NCBI GenBank assembly: GCA_025360445.1
Contig: JANYCE010000322.1
Span: 1 to 45,549 of the forward strand
DNA length: 45,549 nucleotides
Source of the DNA: Betaproteobacteria bacterium
GTDB lineage: Bacteria > Pseudomonadota > Gammaproteobacteria > Burkholderiales > SG8-41
Direction: 5' to 3'
Under the pieces are notes generated by a model. The model was not told the DNA's origin, made no database searches, and saw nothing but the letters and a program-made list of their open reading frames with translations. Of the stretch, positions 40,723 to 45,549 are shown piece by piece (position 1 is the first letter of the stretch; every line of letters starts with the position of its first letter). The position numbers and the translations under genes are program-made.

Positions 40723-41064
40723 GGGAGTCAGCCGATAAGCCGGGTTCTGTCGGCAGCTTGCGCCGCCGTGACAGTCATTCCTCTCGACGCACGGTTACCC
40801 GTACGCTCTAGCCACCTACCCGCAAGCTCAGTGGGTCACGTCACAGCTTGCCTATTTGGTGTTGCTCCGGGTGGAGGTTGCCGCGTTTCACCCCGCCGCT
40901 TTGCGTACCAGCGAACTGGCACAAGTTACGGCGGACTCGTCTCTGTGGCCCTATTCCTCGCCTCGCGGCGGACGGTCGTTAGCCGCCACCCTACCCTATG
41001 GAGCCCGGACTTTCCTCTATTGGGACGCTTGCACGCCCAAACAGCGACTGCCTGGCCAACTCCC
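40723..41064 (-). ncRNA. rnpB: RNase P RNA, bacterial type A
   Basis: The minus strand contains the universal P4 halves GAGGAAAGTCCGGGCTCC (41000-41017) and ACAGAACCCGGCTTA (40735-40749). It also has GGTGAAACGCGGCAACCTCCACCCGGAGCAA and GGGTAGGTGGCTAGAG. The 5' GGGAGTTGGCC pairs with the 3' GGCTGACTCCC to form P1. Ends are accurate to within a few nt. Confidence 0.93.
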
Positions 41065-41101
41065 GCGCGAAGTTTAGCATGCGACTACCCTGCTTTATGC
41101 G

Positions 41102-42133
41102 TCAGAGCATGCGCCAACTGACGGTGCCGCCAGCGCGGAACGGCACCAGCGTGTCATGGTGGTAGGGCAATTCAGCGGGCACCGTCCACGCCTCTTTGAC
41201 CAACGTAATCTTGTCTTTATTAAGCGGCAGGCCATAAAACGAGGCGCCGAATACGCTGGCGAATCCCTCAAGTTTTTCGAGCGCATTGTAGGCGCCGAAA
41301 ATCTCCGCATAAAATTCGATGCCGGCATGTGCGGTATACATGCCCGCGCAACCGCAGGCAGCTTCCTTGGCATTGCGCGCGTGCGGTGCGCTGTCGGTGC
41401 CCAAAAAGAATTTAGGATTGCCACTGGTTGCCGCTTCGATCAATGCGAGCCGGTCGTCCTCACGCTTCAATATCGGCATACAGTAGTGATGCGGGCGAAT
41501 GCCGCCGACGAACAGCGCATTGCGATTGAGCAGCAAATGATGCGCGGTGATCGTGGCGGCCACGCGCGGCGGCGCTGCCAGCACGAAACGCATCGCCTCC
41601 TTGGTCGTAATGTGTTCGAACACGAGGCGCAATCGTGAAAATTTTTGCAAGACCGGCAATAACACGCGATCGATGAAAAGCCGCTCGCGATCGAAAATGT
41701 CGACGTTTGGATAGGTCACTTCGCCGTGAACCAATAGCGGCAGACCGCATTCTTCCATCGCGCCCAGCGCATCGGCGCAATTAACCAAATCGTTCACACC
41801 CGCGTCGGAGTTGGTGGTGGCGCCGGCAGGGTAGTATTTAACCGCGTGGACCACGCCGCTCGCCTTGGCGCGTAATATTTCTTTGGCGGTCGTATTGTCC
41901 GTCAGATATAGCGTCATCAGCGGCTCGAACTGCATGCCTTCCGGCAGGGCGGACACGATGCGCTCGCGATACCCAAGCGCCATCTCCGTGGTCGTGACCG
42001 GCGATTGCAGGTTTGGCATCACGATCGCGCGTGCAAAGCGGCGCGCCGTATCCGGCAGGACCGCACGCATGTAATCGCCATCGCGCAAGTGCAGATGCCA
42101 ATCGTCGGGACGGGTGATCGTAACGCGGGTCAT
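41102..42133 (-). CDS. pyrC: Dihydroorotase (homodimeric type)
   Basis: [19 protein letters not shown]...AIVMPNL.PVTT closely parallels E. coli PyrC. The start is placed at ATG 42133, the 10th codon of the track ORF. Confidence 0.93.
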   Translation of the reverse strand: MTRVTITRPDDWHLHLRDGDYMRAVLPDTARRFARAIVMPNLQSPVTTTEMALGYRERIVSALPEGMQFEPLMTLYLTDNTTAKEILRAKASGVVHAVKYYPAGATTNSDAGVNDLVNCADALGAMEECGLPLLVHGEVTYPNVDIFDRERLFIDRVLLPVLQKFSRLRLVFEHITTKEAMRFVLAAPPRVAATITAHHLLLNRNALFVGGIRPHHYCMPILKREDDRLALIEAATSGNPKFFLGTDSAPHARNAKEAACGCAGMYTAHAGIEFYAEIFGAYNALEKLEGFASVFGASFYGLPLNKDKITLVKEAWTVPAELPYHHDTLVPFRAGGTVSWRML

Positions 42134-42209
42134 CAGTGCTCCTTCAGGCTCGGCGAGCACTGATTAAAAATCAGCGTGCATCTTAAGCGGTGGCCTGCAA
42201 TTAGTAAAA

Positions 42210-43082
42210 TCAAACGCCCTTGGCGAGTTGCAGCGCGAGTTCATAGACATCGTTCTTGCGCGCACCGGTGAGCTCCACGGCGAGCTTGACCGCTTGCTTT
42301 AACGACATTTCGCGCATGAGCACTTCGAGAACGCGCCGCGACTCCCCCTCAGCGGGCTCGACGGCGGCCGGTGCGCCTTCGACCAGCAGCACGAATTCTC
42401 CCTTGAGCTGATTGTCATCTGCCTCAAACCAGGCGGCGGCCTCGCTTAGCCGGCAATTGTGAATAGTTTCGAATAGTTTCGTAAGTTCACGCGCGATCGT
42501 GATCGTGCGATCGCCTAATTCTTCATTCATGGCTGCTACGCTCGCGACAACCCGATGCGGCGCTTCGTAGAACACCAGCAAATAAGGCAAGGTCTTGAGG
42601 GCTGCGAGTTCGCGCTTACGCGAAGCGCCCTGTTGCGGCAGGAAACCGTAGAACAAAAAATGCGGCGCGGCCAGACCCGCTGCAGACAACGCGCAGATGG
42701 CCGCATTCGGCCCCGGCACCGGCACCACCGGAAATCCGGCATCGCGCACAGTTGCAACTGCGAGCGCACCGGGGTCGGAAATCGCGGGCGTGCCGGCGTC
42801 GCTGATCAGCGCGATCGATTTGCCTTGCGCCAGCAGCGCCAACAGTTTTTGCGCGGCGTCGCGCTCGTTGTGTTCGTGCAATGAAATCAGCCGCGCATCG
42901 ACGCCATGGTGCTTTAACAGGCGCAGTGCAAACCGCGTGTCTTCCGCCGCAATTACGTCGACGCGTTTCAACACGTCAAGCGCGCGCAAAGTGATATCGG
43001 CGAGATTACCAATCGGAGTGGCGACTACATATAATGAAGGCCGCTCAATCCCCGCCTGTTCATAATGCGCAGTCTCATTCAT
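42210..43082 (-). CDS. rsmI: 16S rRNA (cytidine1402-2'-O)-methyltransferase
   Basis: LYVVATPIGNLADIT..., SDAGTP.ISDPG and ARELTK..ETIH motifs of the RsmI/tetrapyrrole-methylase fold. Confidence 0.93.
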   Translation of the reverse strand: MNETAHYEQAGIERPSLYVVATPIGNLADITLRALDVLKRVDVIAAEDTRFALRLLKHHGVDARLISLHEHNERDAAQKLLALLAQGKSIALISDAGTPAISDPGALAVATVRDAGFPVVPVPGPNAAICALSAAGLAAPHFLFYGFLPQQGASRKRELAALKTLPYLLVFYEAPHRVVASVAAMNEELGDRTITIARELTKLFETIHNCRLSEAAAWFEADDNQLKGEFVLLVEGAPAAVEPAEGESRRVLEVLMREMSLKQAVKLAVELTGARKNDVYELALQLAKGV

Positions 43083-44132
43083 CGCCTGGTTGTCATTCTC
43101 GTGTTGAATCCGGCGCTACTATACGGGGGCATCACCGTGTTCGCTACTGGTGCAGTTGCTGCCACGCGCGAACCGCATATCGCATTGCTGTTGCCGTTAG
43201 CATCGCCGTCTTTCGCGCGCCATGCAGATGCAGTGCGCCAGGGTTTCGTCGCCGCTGCGAAGGGCGCCGCTAAAACCGTTTATCCGATCCGCGTTTACCC
43301 GGTCAATGAAGACACTCTCAACGTGCTCGCGGTATACGAGCAGGCGCTCGAATCCGGCGCGCAACTCGTGGTGGGTCCGCTCACACGTAACGGCGTAGCG
43401 GCGCTGGCGGCGAGTTCGCTGGTCAACGTGCCGACTCTCGCGCTCAACACACTTGAGCAGCACGCGACCGCGCCGGCGCGACTTTATCTGTTCGGCCTCG
43501 GCGTCGAACAGGAGGCGCGCCAGATTGCGTCGATTGCCAGGGATGAAGGCAGGCGCAATGCGTTTGTGTTGGGCGACGGCACGCCACTCAGCCAGCGCAT
43601 GCGCCAGGCGTTCGTCGCCGAATTCGCACGAAGCGGCGGCATCACGGTGGCTGAATTGACCTTTGCGGCCGACCAGGAGAGCCTGGCCAAACTGCGCCAG
43701 ACCGTCGATCTTAACGTCGCCGACATGCTGTTCTTTGCGATCGGTGCCGCGCGCGCGCGCGTGGCCCGACCTTATCTTGGTAACACCCTGCCGCTTTATG
43801 CGACATCGCAGGTCAATGAAAAAAGTGCGCTCGGCAACAATGACCTCGACGGTATTCACTTTGTCGACATGCCCTGGCTGTTGCAGGCAGATCACCCGGC
43901 GGTGATGATTTATCCGCGCGCTCCGGTCGGCGACTTGCTTGAGTTTGAGCGTCTGTACGCGCTCGGTATCGACGCGTTTCGGCTCGGCCTTGAACTCTTG
44001 AAAGGCACGACCGATCCAGCGCTTGACGGCGTAACCGGTCAGCTTCGGCTGGTCGACCAGCAGTTCGTGCGCGAACTCGCCACCGCGCGATTCCTTGGTG
44101 GCAAGCCGGTCGTGCAGACGGTCCGCCCCTGA
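43065..44132 (+). CDS. Penicillin-binding protein activator LpoA-like (periplasmic-binding-protein fold domain)
   Basis: The position (rsmI divergent, followed by yraN, diaA and dolP) and the type-1 PBP-like sequence match the LpoA C-terminal domain. The start is uncertain because the ATG at 43065 overlaps the rsmI 5' end by 18 nt. Confidence 0.72.
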   Translation: MRSLIHRLVVILVLNPALLYGGITVFATGAVAATREPHIALLLPLASPSFARHADAVRQGFVAAAKGAAKTVYPIRVYPVNEDTLNVLAVYEQALESGAQLVVGPLTRNGVAALAASSLVNVPTLALNTLEQHATAPARLYLFGLGVEQEARQIASIARDEGRRNAFVLGDGTPLSQRMRQAFVAEFARSGGITVAELTFAADQESLAKLRQTVDLNVADMLFFAIGAARARVARPYLGNTLPLYATSQVNEKSALGNNDLDGIHFVDMPWLLQADHPAVMIYPRAPVGDLLEFERLYALGIDAFRLGLELLKGTTDPALDGVTGQLRLVDQQFVRELATARFLGGKPVVQTVRP

Positions 44133-44473
44133 TGGGCGCGCGCGGCGCGGCAGCCGAGAACCTCGCCGCCGCCTATTTGCAACGCGCGGGACTTCAGCTG
44201 GTCGAACGCAACTATCGCTGCCGCTTCGGCGAAATTGACCTGATTGCGCGCGACGGCGCAACGCTTGTTTTTGTTGAAGTGCGCATGCGTTCGAGCGAGC
44301 GCTTTGGCGGTGCTGCCGCCAGCATCACGCGCGCCAAACAACGGAAGTTGTTGTGCACGGCGCGGCATTATCTCGCGGGCATCGTGCGTGCGCCGCAATG
44401 CCGGTTCGACGCGATGCTGATCAATGGCAACACCAACGCAATCGAGTGGCTCAAAAATGCTTTTGCAGAATGA
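44132..44473 (+). CDS. yraN: YraN family protein (UPF0102, endonuclease-like fold)
   Basis: G..AE..A..YL...G..L.ERN.R...GEIDLIARDG..LVFVEVR pattern. 113 aa. 1-nt overlap with the preceding stop (TGATG). Confidence 0.85.
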   Translation: MGARGAAAENLAAAYLQRAGLQLVERNYRCRFGEIDLIARDGATLVFVEVRMRSSERFGGAAASITRAKQRKLLCTARHYLAGIVRAPQCRFDAMLINGNTNAIEWLKNAFAE

Positions 44474-44508
44474 GTATGTGATAATCGTCGGTCTTAACGG
44501 ACTAAAAA

Positions 44509-45099
44509 ATGGACTTAATCAGCAGAATCAGCGAGAACTTTTCTGAGAGCGCGCATCTCAAACTGCAAAGCATGGATGCGCTTGCCAAACCGATTGCCGC
44601 GGCTGCTGAACGAATGGTGCAGTGCCTGCGCGCCGACGGCAAAATTCTTGCGTGCGGCAATGGCGGCTCGGCCGCGGATTGCCAGCATTTTTCCGCGGAG
44701 TTATTGAATCGCTTTGAGATGGAAAGGCCCGGACTCGCGGCCATGGCGTTAACCACCGACACCTCGACGTTGACATCAATTGCCAACGATTACGATTTCG
44801 AGCAGATTTTTTCGAAGCAGGTGCGTGCGCTCGGCCACAAGAACGACGTGCTGCTCGCGATCACGACCAGCGGCAACTCAAAAAACGTGCTGGCTGCGGT
44901 TGCCGCTGCGCACGAAAATGGCATGAGCGTTGTCGCGTTGACCGGCCACAACGGCGGACGGATGACCGAGGTTTTGCAAGCGTCCGATATTCACGTTTGC
45001 GTGCCGGCACAAAGCACCGCGCGCATTCAGGAAGTGCACTTGCTTACTTTGCATTGCCTGTGCGATGCGATCGATTGTTTGTTACTGGGGGTTGAATGA
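44509..45099 (+). CDS. diaA: SIS-domain protein of the DiaA / phosphoheptose isomerase family (DiaA-like by sequence and synteny)
   Basis: 196 aa. [43 protein letters not shown] and [16 protein letters not shown] resemble E. coli DiaA more than GmhA. yraN-diaA-dolP order. Confidence 0.8.
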   Translation: MDLISRISENFSESAHLKLQSMDALAKPIAAAAERMVQCLRADGKILACGNGGSAADCQHFSAELLNRFEMERPGLAAMALTTDTSTLTSIANDYDFEQIFSKQVRALGHKNDVLLAITTSGNSKNVLAAVAAAHENGMSVVALTGHNGGRMTEVLQASDIHVCVPAQSTARIQEVHLLTLHCLCDAIDCLLLGVE

Positions 45100-45549
45100 A
45101 TACGCAAAAATTACGTTTGCTCGCGCTATTTGTCATCACGCCGTTGCTGGCGAACCTGCTGACGGGTTGTATCGCTGCGGTAGTCGGCGGCGCCGGGACC
45201 GCGGCGATCATCGGCGAGGATCGCCGCACAGTCGGCACCGTCACTGAAGATCAAGGTATCGAGCTCAAAGCCGGCAACAGGGTCGGTGACAAATACAAGG
45301 ATGTGCATATCAACGTGACGAGCTTCAGCCGTGCGGTGCTGCTGAGCGGCGAAGCGCCCGATGAAGCCGCCAGGGCAGGCATCGAAAAACTCGTGCGTGC
45401 GGTTGAGAATGTGCGCAACGTCTATAACGAGATTACCGTCGGCGCCATAACGCCGCTGTCGGCGCGCGCCAATGATTCTTTCATTACTTCAAAAGTAAAA
45501 GCGCGCTTCGTCGATCACCGGAAATTCAACGCTATCCACGTCAAGGTTG
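45096..45549 (+). CDS. dolP: BON-domain outer-membrane lipoprotein, DolP/YraP-like (3' end beyond the window)
   Basis: My own translation: [25 protein letters not shown]... has an LTGC lipobox followed by BON-domain sequence ([10 protein letters not shown]). The ATG overlaps the diaA stop (GAATGA). The frame is open to the window end, so it is absent from the ORF track. Confidence 0.8.
   Translation, partial: MNTQKLRLLALFVITPLLANLLTGCIAAVVGGAGTAAIIGEDRRTVGTVTEDQGIELKAGNRVGDKYKDVHINVTSFSRAVLLSGEAPDEAARAGIEKLVRAVENVRNVYNEITVGAITPLSARANDSFITSKVKARFVDHRKFNAIHVKV

Noticed and set aside
40768-41121. 117-aa and 73-aa plus-strand ORFs (40768-41121 and 40856-41077).
   Set aside because: They lie entirely on the complement of the RNase P RNA gene, whose conserved P4, P1 and other elements account for the sequence.
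42461-42480. Exact tandem 10-nt repeat gaatagtttc x2 inside rsmI, which looked like a slippage duplication.
   Set aside because: The reading frame is intact across it. It encodes KLFETIH within the conserved RsmI motif ARELTK..ETIH, so it is a coincidental coding-sequence repeat rather than a recent frameshifting duplication.
1-45549. A scan for mobile elements, CRISPR repeats, tRNA/rRNA genes, toxin-antitoxin or defence-type gene pairs, and dispersed REP-like repeats.
   Set aside because: No transposase, integrase or phage-like ORFs were found. There are no regularly spaced short repeats and no tRNA-like T-arm/acceptor patterns in the intergenic regions. Every ORF longer than 200 aa that is not an antisense shadow is assigned to a housekeeping family. 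The only repeats found are the two junction duplications and the short regulatory repeats reported above.

Overview
This GC-rich window is proteobacterial chromosomal core sequence, and its gene order looks beta- or gammaproteobacterial. It is almost entirely housekeeping genes. From left to right it contains:

- a split UxaA-type dehydratase pair with a divergent GntR/HutC regulator
- the rpsP-rimM-trmD-rplS operon and ffh
- ypjD-like and CorC/HlyC-type membrane proteins
- pilC-pilD-coaE-zapD-yacG
- a Nudix/ThiE-like fusion, a DUF815 ATPase, argJ and secA
- an M23 peptidase, a DUF721 (DciA-like) gene and a small membrane ORF
- a complete dcw cluster on the minus strand: mraZ-rsmH-ftsL-ftsI-murE-murF-mraY-murD-ftsW-murG-murC-murB-ddl-ftsQ-ftsA-ftsZ, then lpxC
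- a tartrate-dehydrogenase-type gene, RNase P RNA (rnpB) and pyrC
- rsmI with divergent lpoA-like, yraN, a diaA/gmhA-type SIS gene and a 3'-truncated dolP/yraP-like BON lipoprotein gene that the ORF track misses

I found no transposase, integrase, phage genes, CRISPR array, tRNA/rRNA or defence island, and no convincing novel multi-gene system.

The most unusual signals are local:

1. Two dcw gene junctions (murB/ddl and murG/murC) carry an insertion flanked by a near-perfect duplication of the downstream gene's 5' end. The ancestral start codon still overlaps the upstream stop codon, so each junction now has a short relay uORF.
2. A textbook triple GTGGG (MraZ-box) operator sits just downstream of a strong sigma70-like promoter in front of mraZ.
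3. About 500 bp of non-coding, partly AT-rich spacer lies upstream of that promoter and contains an orphan intrinsic-terminator-like hairpin on the opposite strand.
4. A perfect 12-bp-arm palindrome lies in front of pilC, which is not preceded by pilB.

Many long ORFs in the track are antisense or out-of-frame shadows typical of GC-rich DNA and were rejected.
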